A stretch of DNA of 64,000 bases from Octopus sinensis (GCF_006345805.1 NC_043001.1:45818001-45882000); one strand, 5' to 3'. Shown: positions 51,067-63,325, numbered from the stretch's first letter. The notes: generated from the sequence alone by a model not told the origin. A program made the numbers and translations.

Positions 51067-51403
51067 TGATGAAATGAAACTTGTCAATAAGACATTTCAA
51101 CCAAATATGATGGATATGTATAGTGATTAACTGAACGCTATTAAGTTTGTTTTAAAATATCGTTAGAGGATATAACGTCAAAGATAGCCTATAGAAAGAG
51201 GAGGGGTAAAGGAAAGTCTGTTTGACTGCATGGCTGTGTGGTTAAGAAGCATGCTTCCTTTACCCCTCCACTTTCTATAGCCTACCTTTGACGTTATATC
51301 TTCTAACGTTTTTTTTTAAATAAACTTAATATCGTTCAGTTAATCACTATACATATCCATCATATTCTGTTAAAATGTCTTATTGACGAGTTTCATTTCT
51401 TCA

Positions 51404-51488
51404 TTTCCCTGAAGCGAAGATTACATTGTTTTACACCATTTTATTCTTTTGGAATAATACCAGTGATATCTTCGAAATGTGTCGGAAT
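51404..51488 (+). ncRNA. Hammerhead ribozyme copy (core mutated at A9)
   Basis: tttcc-CTGAAGC-gaagat..atcttc-GAAA-tgtgTC-ggaa. Confidence 0.6.
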
Positions 51489-51674
51489 TAAAAGAATTTG
51501 AATAACACCTGCGTTTAACTCTATTTATATATTATACAAAATATTTCATGTAAACTTGGAGTTTCTACCTTTAGAAACAAGAAGCTGCACCCTTTTTACT
51601 TGTGTGATTTTTTTTTGCTACCCTGGTAACTATTTATCTATTTTTTCTATGTTAATTGTTAATAAGGGAAAAAT

Positions 51675-51685
<11 letters not shown>

Positions 51686-51751
<66 letters not shown>

Positions 51752-51775
51752 ATATATATATATATAATATATATA

Positions 51776-51806
<31 letters not shown>

Positions 51807-51823
51807 CATATTATATATATATA

Positions 51824-51899
<76 letters not shown>

Positions 51900-51936
51900 T
51901 ATATAATATATTATATATAATACATATATATATATA

Positions 51937-51983
<47 letters not shown>

Positions 51984-52028
51984 TATATATATAATATATA
52001 CACATATACATATATATATATATATATA
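51686..52028. repeat. Long imperfect (TA)n microsatellite, about 340 bp
   Basis: Direct inspection. Confidence 0.95.
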
Positions 52029-52325
52029 GTGGAGGTACATGGCCTAGTGGTTAGAGCAGAGGACTCGGATCACAGGTTCGAATCTCAGACTGGGCGATGT
52101 GTGTGTTTATGAGCGAAACACCTAAGCTCCACGCAGCTCCGGCAGAAGGTAATGGCGAACTACTGCTGACTCTTTTGCCACAACTTTCTTTCACTCTTTC
52201 CTCCTGCATCTTGCAGCTCACCTGCGATGGACCGGCGTCCTGTCCAGGTGGGGAACCTATGTGCTTAGGAAACCGAGAAACCGGCACTATGAGCCAGGCG
52301 TGGCTTGAGAAGGAACAAACAACAA
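52028..52325 (+). mobile_element. tRNA-headed SINE (family C variant), near complete
   Basis: A-box tggcctagtgg, B-box ggttcgaatct, gatggaccggcgtcctgtccag body, (AAC)n tail. Confidence 0.85.
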
Positions 52326-52382
52326 CATATATATATATACATACACACACACACACACACATACATATATATACACATATAT

Positions 52383-52416
<34 letters not shown>

Positions 52417-52423
52417 CATCATC

Positions 52424-52768
52424 ATCATTTAGCGTCCGTTTTCCATGCTAGCATGGGTTGGACGGTTTAACTGGGGTCTGTGAAGCCGGAAGGCTTCATC
52501 AGGCCCAGTCAGATTTGGCAGTGTTTCTACGGCTGGATGCCCTTCCTAACGCCAACCACTCCGCAAGTGTAGTGGGTGTTTTTTACGTGCCACCTGCACA
52601 GGTGCCAGACAGAGCTGGCACAACGGCCACGAACGGATGGTGCTTTTACGTGTCACCGGCACGGGGCCAGGCGATGCTGGCAACGGACACGAATGGATGG
52701 TGCTTTTACGTGCCACCGACACGGGGCCAGACAGAGCTGGCAAACGGCCACGAACGGACGGTGCTTTT
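52424..52768 (-). mobile_element. RTE 3' UTR with three 60/61-bp units and tail
   Basis: Reverse complement of about 17450-17792. Confidence 0.92.
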
Positions 52769-52867
52769 ACACACACATACATACACATATACATGCATGC
52801 ATGCATACATACATACATATCATACATTCATATATATACCTATATAGATATCTATATATATATCTTT

Positions 52868-53157
52868 GGTCATGACTGACCATGGGATTGCACCTAGAAA
52901 GTTACCCTCCCAGGCACAAGTCCAGCAGTCGCCCATGCATACCAGCTTCCCCTCTCCACACCACCAGGGTTATCCAAGGGAAAGGCAAAGGCCGATACAA
53001 CTTGGCACCTGTGACGTCGCAACTCATTTCTACAGCTGAGTGAACTGGAGCAACGTGAAATAAAGTGTCTTAATCAAGAACAACACGCAGCCCAGTCCGG
53101 GATTCAAACTCACAACCTCCTGATCATAAGCTCAATGCTCTAACCACTGAGCCATAC
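52868..53157 (-). mobile_element. Family C SINE with an alternative 3' body
   Basis: tggctcagtggttagag A-box, ttgctccagttcactcagctg core. Confidence 0.8.
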
Positions 53158-54007
53158 ACATACATACATATATATCATCAGACACACACACACACATGCA
53201 CATATATATGGAGTAGAGTGCATTTATGGCCTAGGTAATTTGCAAAATTTAAGCAGAAATGAGCTAAGAGAAATAACATAGTGCTTGTTGGAATGTATTT
53301 GATCAACAAACATAGGCAATTACAGGTCTGTTAAATACCATACAACATAAATTCTTGATTTTATTATCTCTGCTTCAGGATGATGCGTCGTGACTACCAA
53401 ATGGCAATTAAGACTCATCTCTTATCTCCTATAAGCCTGTCCTTTTCTTTAATGACCTATCAAATTTGGAGAATTCTTGATTTTTTTTTAGATCATCTCC
53501 CCTTACCATATGAAGCTGATTTTAATTGCTTTTTAGTAATTATGACCCATCCTAGGGGATAGAGATAATTTTAATGAATCAGGAATTTATGTTGTGTGTT
53601 ATTTAATATACCTGCAATTGTCTATGTTGTTCAAAAACATGCGACAGGTCACTCTTAATTATGCAAATTACCTAAGCCATATATGTATTTTACTCTTTTT
53701 GTATATGTTGTATATGTCTAAGTCTTGACTACCAGCAGTTAGATGGGACAATTGCCATGCTGATTCCTTGACAGTCTTCTTATTTCTAGACAATAAACCT
53801 GTGCTTTATTGTCTAAAATACTGTGCTTAACAGCATGATAACTTTTGAGAATCCTTGTTTCTTGTGGCTATGTTTGCTTCTCATATTGATCTTGCTTTAA
53901 TTGCTTTTTGCTAATTATGATACATCCTCTACAAGTGGAGATAATGCTAATAAATCTAGACTAAGAACCTTTGTGGTATAGTTTTTAATATACTTCTGTG
54001 TATCTGA

Positions 54008-54070
<63 letters not shown>

Positions 54071-54079
54071 TAAATAAAT

Positions 54080-54292
54080 AAATGGAGTTAAACACGGGTG
54101 TTATTCAAATTCTTTTACTTCTGACACATTTATTTATTTATATATATATCATACAAAAAATTTCACATAAACCCGAAATTTCTACCTTTAAAAACAAGGA
54201 GTTACAACCTTTTTACTTGTGTAATTTTTTGCTACCCTGGTAACTATTTATCTATTTTTTCTGTGTTAATTGTTAACAAGGGAAAAATACAC
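54080..54292 (+). repeat. Shortened copy of the 50939-51690 element
   Basis: First 50 nt of arm 1 joined directly to the 3' extension. Confidence 0.8.
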
Positions 54293-55519
54293 ACATCTCT
54301 CTCTCTCTCTCCCTCTATATATATATATATATATATACATATATGTTCACACACACGGGTTTGTATTATTGTGTGTAGAAGAATATATTAATCAATGAAA
54401 TTCCAACCTCATCTGATTTTCATATTTTATTATTTACAATTTTTACAATTTTACAATAATATATTAATAGAATATTATATATTTATTGTGATAAAACTAG
54501 TACTTTTACATCCATACATCGATTGATGGCGGCGACGCAGGTCATCAGCATCATTCAGGCTCATCACAGATTTCACATAAGACACATGCCTGCTCAAAGA
54601 GTTTCACATTTTTTTGCTCTATTTCTACCTCCAAATGGCTTATTTTTTTTATATCTAGCACTATGTTAAGGGTAGAATATAAAGCAACACTGCAAAACAC
54701 TGTTAATCTTTACACACAGACACACAGAATAACAGCAATCAAATAACGACAGCAGAGTGCACAACAAACATCAGTAATCTGACTGTCACCTGTACTCTTG
54801 ACAAGGGATGCCAGTTAGTCTTTTACACCTACCAGGCTCATTCGTACCAGCTTGAGTTGCTGGATAATTTTTTGTTCTGTTAAGGATATTGTAGAACGGA
54901 AACTTTTCATAGATTACAATTTAAATCCTAATCTCTATAGAAATTTATTGTTTCAAGAAAACAGAATTTGAATTACTTTTAATTTTTAGGATTATAGATA
55001 ACAACCCGGGCTGTAACTTCTGAGCCCGAGTCAGGCGCGTGTGAACGTTGTTGAGAGAACGGCTGCTACGAATAGATTTTGACACAAGGCATCTCTAATA
55101 CGACCGCCAGACACTGAATGAAAATAAATGAACTATGACCAAGTTCAATAAAAAAAGCCCGAGTTATTGGCTGAAATTACATACTGAAATTACATACATA
55201 CAAGTCAATTATAAAAACCAAAGAGAATTTCTCCTTTCTTGAACTGTTGCAGTACTATTGAAGTCTTTGTTACCATAATGAATGTTAAAAGAAAACTGAC
55301 CAGTTGTGGTTAGAATGTTTACAATTACTGTATATTTAATTAAATGATTTGTTTCTTTGTATTTAATAAAATAAAATAATTCTACCAAAACAGAATGCAA
55401 TTCAAAGTCTCAATTTGTTTGTTCCTTTGTATGGTGCATAAATATATGTGTGTACCTGTACACACACACACAGTTACATATTTGAATGCTTATTTACATA
55501 TAGACGTTATTTTTTAAAA

Positions 55520-55712
55520 TTTATTTTAATTTAATTTAATTTAATTTTTTTTTGGCTCAAAAAGCAAAAGCAAGTCCATGTAGGGGGACATGGAGTTATG
55601 TACAGGAACGGTGTTCATATAAAGAGTTCAGGCCATTTCTGGTCAAGAGAGACTTTGAACTGAGGGTCGTTGGCATCTTCACTATCTCGTCCGGCAGCTT
55701 ATTCCACGGATC
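55520..55712 (-). mobile_element. CR1-like LINE 3' end with A-rich/(ATTAA)n tail
   Basis: PWNKLPDEIVKMPT..FK..LDQKWPELF, then UTR and tail. Confidence 0.65.
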
Positions 55713-55829
55713 CTTTACTCTTTCATGATAACATCGTCTGTCAGAAACAGATTATCAGATTCTCAGCTCATCATTCAAACTTTACTCTTCAAACATCCAA
55801 ATGATGATTTTAGCCCTAACATGTGATTC

Positions 55830-56340
55830 AGGTGTAGGGGCATGTACCATTGCAGAACATTGCTGCATCCACCACTTTCAGGTGACCCATTTAGCAGAGT
55901 CCCAGTCAGTCCTCATCCCCGTGAGATACCTCCTCATCTTTTGCGACCATGTGATATGTTGTTGACCAATATGAGATGCCTCAGTGAAGAGAACTAGGTA
56001 AACAAAATCTGGCTTGGAAAATCGAGCAACATGGCCAGACTGTCTCAGCTGGCATTCTCATATTGTACAAGAAACCGGATGCATCCTAGTTTCTGAGTAT
56101 CAGTACTAAAGGAGTTCAGGCAGCTCCTAAAGGTCCTGGACAGTGTCAAAATCTCACAACTATAGAGCAAGACAGGGGTGACCAGAAACCTAAAAACCTG
56201 AATCTTTATCCTGTTTAGATGTCAGCAGTGCCAAACAACCTTGTCCAATGAGTCCACAGCTGCACCAGCTTGTCCGAATATTTTTCTGGAGCTGTGCCGT
56301 ATACTTCCTTAACTGATTGGAACATGTGATTGATACCCAT
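55830..56340 (-). mobile_element. Further RTE-family C-terminal fragment
   Basis: IGQAGAAVDSLDK.VW..KIQVFRFLVTPVLLYSCE; ends VDAAMFCNGTCPYT*. Confidence 0.65.
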
Positions 56341-56354
56341 TAATATTTATATAG

Positions 56355-56565
56355 GTGGTAAGCTGGCAGAATCATTAGCACAACTGCTGTTACGTTCTGA
56401 GTTCAAATTCCACCAAGGTCGACTTTGCCTTTCATCCATTCAGGGTTGATTAAATAAGAACCAGTTACGCACTGGAGTTGATGTAATTGACTTAATCCCT
56501 TTGCCCGTCCTTGTTTGCCCCCTCTATGTTTAGCCCCCACCCCAATGTGGGCAATAAAGAAGTAA
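56355..56565 (+). mobile_element. Family A SINE
   Basis: gttcaaattcc B-box, gcctttcatcc core. Confidence 0.85.
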
Positions 56566-56999
56566 ATATTTATATAGTCCTTCATGAACTCTGCTTCTAT
56601 CATAAACATTGGCACTACCTTTCATAAACAGATCATCATCATCATTGTTTGCTAAGGTAGATTTTGTTGAGGCTCAAAACATCCAACTCCACTTCTAATT
56701 AGGTCACCTATGTAATAAAAGCTATCAAGAGACTCCAGAGAGCTTTCTGGGCATTTGAGAGAATCAGTTTCACTTTTGTTCTTTATGCTTGCTGCATCTG
56801 TACTGTATATATATGAAGTCTACATTTTCTTTTAGTCTGCCCATCATCGCAATGCAACTCTTGTGCTTTCATAATCTATACAAGTACGCCATATAGAATT
56901 TCTACCTGCTCCTTTTTTTTTATCTTTATACCAAGCATGGCCATTTCCATGATGATAGATGATCTTGTATTCTTTCCTACATTTTATGCATAAGTTTTC

Positions 57000-57960
57000 T
57001 TTGAAGTCCTTTGATTCCAGGTTTTGCTTCCATGTCTGAAATTTTTTCTCTAAATCTAGATTTTCATATAAGAATTATTTCATCAGCACACAGGGATTTC
57101 CTTAGACAGTCAATCTTAAATACCTCTGTTATGGTTTGGAGCTCTAAAATAAACAAGACTGAGCCTTGATAGACTCCTGCATGCATGCTAAATTCATTGT
57201 TAAACTCATTGCTGACCCTCACCTTGCTGACTGTACTTCTGTACATGGTTTGTACAACCATCATATGCTTTATTTATCTCTAGTTTCTTTAGCAACAACC
57301 AGATTAAAGAACATGGAATCTTGTCAAAAGCCTTCTCTGGGTTCACAAATCTATTATATAAAATCTGTTCTGTCTGTGTGTGTGTGTGTGTATCTTATAG
57401 AATCTCGGGCATCCTCCGTCTGATTGCACTCAAATTTGCTATGTAGATAGCGATGGTATCAGGGCGTGTATAAGTCTTGAAAAAAATTACAAAAATCAAT
57501 TCCAGGTGAGAATGCAATCAATAAAGCCGTGGGAACGAGCATTTGTATGCGCAAGTACATCAGCTGTTGCGATTGATACTATGCGTATGTGAGAAAAATG
57601 CACAGGCAGTTTGCACAAAAAAACCCGGCTGGCTTGAAATAATGACACAAAGTGGGACGGTTGGACAAGTTGTTTTGAGAAAATTTGGTTTAAATGTTTG
57701 ACAACTCAGCACCGTCCATTGGACAGGGGGCGTTTTGCTTGTGTTTGATATAGGGGCATATTTCTAGCTAAGAACTTCTGCAGTTGTCTCTCAAGGATAT
57801 AATATTGGTGGTGCTTCTTCTTGGCATGAATCTACATTGTATTTCAACTTGGCTAATTCTGTTCCTAATTAATTGTAGTACAACTTTTTCTGTAACTTTA
57901 ATATCTTGCTCCAATAATTTGATACCTCTGTAATTGCCTTTCTCTTTCTGGTACATCTCC
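57000..57960 (-). mobile_element. Decayed RTE RT fragment split by a Helitron
   Basis: NYRGIKLLEQ..KFLARNMPLY | FVNPEKAFDKIP..GVYQGS. Confidence 0.8.
57350..57741 (+). mobile_element. Non-autonomous Helitron, 392 bp
   Basis: 5' TC, 3' CTTG (CTAG variant), subterminal hairpin gtcc-att-ggac, inserted between A (57349) and T (57742) without a TSD. Confidence 0.8.
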
Positions 57961-59084
57961 TTTACTTAGGAACAATGACAGTAACACTATCATTGTTATT
58001 GGGTATGTCACCTTTCTGTACTACGTAGCCTGATTAGCTATGCAAATGACTAGGACTTGCCTTTTTAGGTCTATAGTGCTATCTTCATTACTATTCTACC
58101 ACCATATCACCTTCTGTTCAGCTGAAACCTTACACCATAGATCTGGCCTGTAGCCTTCAACAGGTTGTCTCGAAGAAGCCTCTAGCTGCATATGTGTGTC
58201 TCTGTTGCACTGTTTACGATCATATTCTGTATTCTAGTGGCTTGACGAAGATAAATGGATGAAATATATACCAGGCCTTAGAAATAAGTACTGTCGTTAT
58301 GATCAGTGAAATGTATGAAGGCCAAGAAAGATTAAAACGTCTACAAAACAAAATTAACGGCAAAACATTTTAAAGAAATAAGTGGAAATTTTACCGGTGA
58401 GTGTGTTAAGTAATAAGGCACTAAAAGAGAATTACTCTCCCTAGACACAACAATATGCTTCAACACACGAACTCATATAAAAAATCTTGCAAACCAAATC
58501 CAAAAACGAAATATTTTAAAGGGACGTAACTCATATAAGAGTTGCCTCCCATGAAGTTTGTAGCTTAGTCGACTGAATAGTAAGCAACAGTGTTGTTAAA
58601 AAAACTGCGCCTTTCAATATTAATGTATGATGCAAACGGTTATTTGTCCTTTATATTTCCAAGTCACCACAAAAGATTTGATAACATTTACAATTAATCT
58701 CGCCCGTGAGCGTCACTTCTTTTCAGCTCCAGTGTTTCACCCCTCTGTTTTTCTGGGCATACCATTTTTATGTCGGTCAATTCCACCAGCTGTTAGAAAC
58801 AATAACAGATTGCAGTAGAATGCTTTCTACTTACCATGGATTCGTGTCCCATGACTGAGTTACAGTTAATGCAAAAATTCATTATTCATCATTGTTTTTA
58901 CATCTGTTTTTGTTTTTTTTTCATGCCAGCATTGGGTTGGGTGAAATTTTTTGAGGCAAGTGATTTATGACTGGATGTCCTTCATGCCCCTTATGATATG
59001 TAGGGACATAGTGTAAAAATTTTTAAAATTAGGATCCTCATAATTACTATTAAGAATAAAGCATAATTAAAAGTTATTAATGTA

Positions 59085-59720
59085 AGGCGGCAAGCTGTTA
59101 GTGAGTTGGATAAAATTCTTAGCAGCATTTCTTCCGGTTCTTCATGGCCTGAGTTCAAATCCCATCAAGGTCTACATCACCTTTCATTCTTTTGAGGCCA
59201 ATAAAAGAAAGTACCAGTCAAGTACTGAGATCGATATAATTGACTACACTCTACTCCGTAATTGCTAGCCTTGTGCCAAAATTTGAAAGAATTATTATTG
59301 AAAGGCAGCAAACTGGCAGAGCCATTAGCAAAGCTGGATAAAATGCTTAGTGCCATTTCTTCCGGCTTTTCACATCTTGAATTCAAATCCTGCCAAGGTT
59401 AATTTTACTTTTCATCCCTTTGTGGTTGATAAAATAAAGCACCAGTTAGTTCCTGGGCCAATGGTATCGACTTATTCCCTCTTCTCAAAATTGCTTGCTT
59501 CATGTCTAAATTAGAAACAAGTATCATTTAAAGTGATGGCAAGCTGGCAGAATAATTAGTGTCATTAGTGTATATGCAAAGAGGCTTTGTGGTACTTGTT
59601 TTAGCTCCTTATGTTCTGAGTTCAATTTTTGCTTTCATCCATTTGGGGGTCGATAAAATAAAGTACTGAAGTCAACTAACCTCCTCCCCTCAAAAATCCT
59701 GGCCTTGTGACAAAATTTGA
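59085..59720 (+). mobile_element. Three tandem decayed family A SINEs
   Basis: Heads at about 59085, 59300 and 59535. Confidence 0.75.
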
Positions 59721-60377
59721 AGCAATTACACTGTATAGCATGATTTTTGTCCTTGGGTAGCAACTGTTATTTTCTATTTGCTTACCCCTAGAAAGTATGA
59801 AAAACGGCTAATATTTCCTTCAAACTTTGCTTTGTTACATTATTCAAACCCCAAAGAATCCCTCTCAACACATGGGTATGATTCTCCCCCACTACTCCTG
59901 ATCATGATCAGAGATGCACATATTATCAGCCACTAGGGGACATGCTCAAGTGTTTAAGGCCAAGTAACTGACAAGCAAATTTGTAGCAGTTAGCAGAATA
60001 TTTGCTATAATGAAATTTCTGCTTCAGCAATTCAGGGTTGAATCTGTCTGTAATGTAATGGAAAACAGGTCAGTTTCAAAACATTGATGTCCAGGTGATA
60101 AAAGCAAAGTTTGAAGGGAATTGCTGTCATTCCTTTTGAATTCTAGATAGAAGCAATGAAGGAAATAACATTGACCAAAAACAAAAAGAACAAAAATTTG
60201 TTACAGTGCTGTTATTATTATTATTATATTGCATTCATATGGAAAATCAGAAAAATATTAGATTAAAAGCTTTGTATGCTATGTATTAAAATTCCATCAG
60301 AATCAACTTTATCTTTCCTTTTTTTATTTGTTTGTGGGGTTGATGTGGCTATATAACAATGTTAGAAATTGTAATTA

Positions 60378-60517
60378 TAAGGTTGTCCCAAAAGTTCGTA
60401 GAAAGTCTTGGAAAATAATGGTCTTTATTTTGAGGAATAATTTTTGTTGTTTTTGTTAGTACTTGGCGAGTAAAAATTCAATTTCGCAAGTGTTTACAAA
60501 CTTTTGGGACAACCTAA
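60378..60517. mobile_element. 140-bp mariner-type MITE
   Basis: TIR t(t/a)aggttgtcccaaaagtt; TA on both flanks. Confidence 0.85.
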
Positions 60518-60738
60518 TATTTTGGTTAAGAGTCAGAATAGAATGCTTTGTAGTATTGTGCTAATTGTGTTTTGAGGGCAATTCAATTGACCATAAAAAT
60601 ATTTTGTGCAATCATTAGACTCATTATTATTCTATATCCATCATTTTAAAACTTCCCTTTCAATGGGGAAAAGTAAAAAACGTGCCTGTTTAAGTCTATC
60701 TTCATACATCAAGTTATCTTTCTATCTAGCTCTCCCTA

Positions 60739-62014
60739 CAGGGGTTAGACAAAATAATGGAAACACCTTCAAATTTCAAACAAATTTATTTTAGTATGGG
60801 ATAGGACTGCCTTTGGCAGTAATAATAGCTTGAATTCTATGAGATATGGTCTTGTAGAAAGTTTGAATTGTTTCCAAAGGAATTTTTGTCCATTCTTCAG
60901 GTAAAACAGTCTCCAGTTCTTGTAGTGATGATGGTGGAGGATATCGACTCCTTACTTGTTTTCTAAAATGTAGCATAAATGTTCAATAATATTGAGATCT
61001 GGGGACTGTGGTGGCCAGATAAGATGTTCAACTTCACTAGAATGTTCTTCATGCCATTCAGTAACAACTTTAGCTGTGTGAATTGCTGCATTATCATCCT
61101 GAAAGACTGCGATTCCCTCCGGAAACAGTTCCACAACCATAGGATGAATCTGATCAGATAAAATGCTTAAATAGGCTTGACTATTCTGCCTTGTAGGGAT
61201 ATGAGTGGGCCAGCAGATTTCCAAGATATAGCCCCCCCCCCCCACCAGATTATCACAGATCCTCCTCCATGTTTAACAGTTGGAAGAAGGCAGTCTGAGT
61301 CAAATGCCTCTTTTGGCTGTCTCCACACGTATACTTGGTTGGTAGTTGGAAATAAGGTAAAGGATGACTCGTCCAAGAAAATAACATTCTTCCACTACTT
61401 TGGGGACCAATTCTGTAGGTTTTTACTCCACTCTAAATGCTTTGCAATGTTTGTTTTTGAAAGTAGTGGTTTTCTGATTGCAGCCCTCCTGTGAAATCCA
61501 GATTTGTGCAGCTCTCGGTGAACAGTTTTTGTGGAAACTGGGTTCTTGAGGTGGTCATTAAGCTCTGCAGTAATTTTGGGAACTGTACTTTTGTGATTCT
61601 TTCTAACAATTCATGTAAGTGTCTGAGGGTCCCTTATCTGAAAGTTTTGGTTTTCTTCTGGAGTTATGTTTTGACAAGGAGGTTTTCCCCCTTTCTCAAA
61701 GGCTGGCATTACTTTCAAGACAGTACTTCTTAATACACCAAGCATTTCAGCTGCTTTTGTTATATTAGCATCTGCCATTCAAGCACCAACAATTCGACTC
61801 TTTCAAAGTCCAATAGATCTGTATTTTTAATGAATTTTAATTACCTTTTTCTGATGATATCTGAAAAGAAACAGCAATTTTAGCAAAACATATTAAACAA
61901 GACTAATAATAAATCAAAAAACATAAAACCAAACAAGCTTTTAATGGTTTTATAGATATTTCATATTTATGGTACTATGATGCTAGGTGTTTCCATTATT
62001 TTGTCCAACCCCTG
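60739..62014 (-). mobile_element. Full-length Tc1 element with DD36E transposase (disrupted)
   Basis: 30-bp TIRs caggggtt(a/g)gacaaaataatggaaacacct; TA TSD; MDESSF, TVKHGGGSV, FQDDNA..SPDLNIIE with 36 residues between D and E. Confidence 0.92.
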
Positions 62015-62639
62015 TATCTATTCTCATGCAGCTGTTTATCTCTTTATCTTACTAACTATCTACTTAGTCATCTCTGTAACTGTATTTTTCCAGCAGTTTG
62101 TTTGTTTCTATCTATTCATCCTCCCACATATGCATATCTGTTTGTGTTCTATCTGATAATGTATATTGTAGTAACTCATTGCATTAAAATAAAATAATTG
62201 AAACTATAAAAAGAAAACAACCCAAAACAAAGAAACAAATTAGTAATACAAAGAAAAAGCCTCCTAAAATTAACAAACTCTCACTCAACCTCTACAGACA
62301 TATATATCCATCCTATCAAACAAGATAAACAGCTAATATTTAAAAATGTTTGTCCTTTACGTAAAGAAATAAGAAGAACAAAAACAAAAACAAAAACAAA
62401 AACATAAAACAGAAGATAACAATCTATTTGTGTTGATTTATCGAGCTTATCATGCTTATCTGCTGGTTCAGTCATTCTTTTTCCTTGTGTCAGTGGATTA
62501 AATTACACAAGGAACTCCTCAAAACAAAAACATCTGTGTAATTTCATTACACAGATGATGCAAGAATGATTAATGAGTCTTATATTTTTTCGTTGCTTAT
62601 TTCTTAATCTCCATTTTTCTTTTACTTATGGATTCTGTG

Positions 62640-62756
62640 ACATCATCGTCATCATCACCACCACCACCGCCGCCGCCGCCGCCGCCGCCGCCACCCCACC
62701 ACCATCACCACCACCACCACCACCACCACCACCATCATCATCATCATTATCATCAT
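62640..62756 (+). repeat. Compound trinucleotide tract (CAT)-(CAC)-(CGC)-(CAC)-(CAT)
   Basis: Direct inspection. Confidence 0.9.
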
Positions 62757-63267
62757 ACTCTGGTAGCTTCTGTATTTTAGCTACAGAACCTTAAAATGGT
62801 GACAAGTCTCCTAAATCTCAAGAGTTGAATGGCCACAAGTAAAAACAACTTGGCTTCTCCAGTTATAAATAATTTTTTTCAGTGGTGAGAGTGACAAGGA
62901 AGTGACTGTACAATGAGGGCAGAATAAATAGCAAAAGTTGTTTTTGCTCAGAAATACCAGTTTTTATTTCTTGCATGCATCCACTTCTTTTGCTAAGATA
63001 CACGAGTGAAAGACATACTCACATACACATATATATTAAACTTTAGTGAGTCTTCACACCCTTACTGTCAGAGCACGGCTTTGTGGTTAAAAGGCTCATT
63101 TTGCAAGAATGTGGTTTTGGATTTGGTCCCATTATTTTGGCAGTGCTCTTCTACTACGGCTGCAAGCTGACCAGTTCTTTGTGAGTGAGTTTGGTAGGTG
63201 GAGGATGTATGGATGCCTATTGTGCATATATCATCTCATATTATGTCTGTTTTCCTTGCTGGCACCC

Positions 63268-63325
63268 CCCCCCCACACACACACACACTCACTCACTCAC
63301 TCATTCACTCACTCACTCACACACA

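Larger units (their letters stand above)
50939..51690. mobile_element. Penelope-like fold-back (about 275-bp arms) with hammerhead motifs and a 3' extension
   Basis: Arms 50939-51214 and 51255-51531; loop copied from 50383-50425. Confidence 0.85.

Noticed and set aside
51556-52040. YI/IY-repeat ORFs (also the HT/CV-repeat ORFs throughout)
   Set aside because: Translations of (TA)n and (CA)n microsatellites.
52028-52100. tRNA gene
   Set aside because: A and B boxes are present, but there is no cloverleaf and the sequence continues into a SINE body.
55005-55170. CpG-rich patch with short inverted ends and taatacgac (T7-like)
   Set aside because: Only 9 nt match T7 and the inverted repeat is about 10 bp; single copy here, so neither vector nor MITE is supportable.
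62573-62794. Poly-Ala/poly-Pro ORF resembling a transcription-factor low-complexity region
   Set aside because: Trinucleotide microsatellite without flanking coding context.
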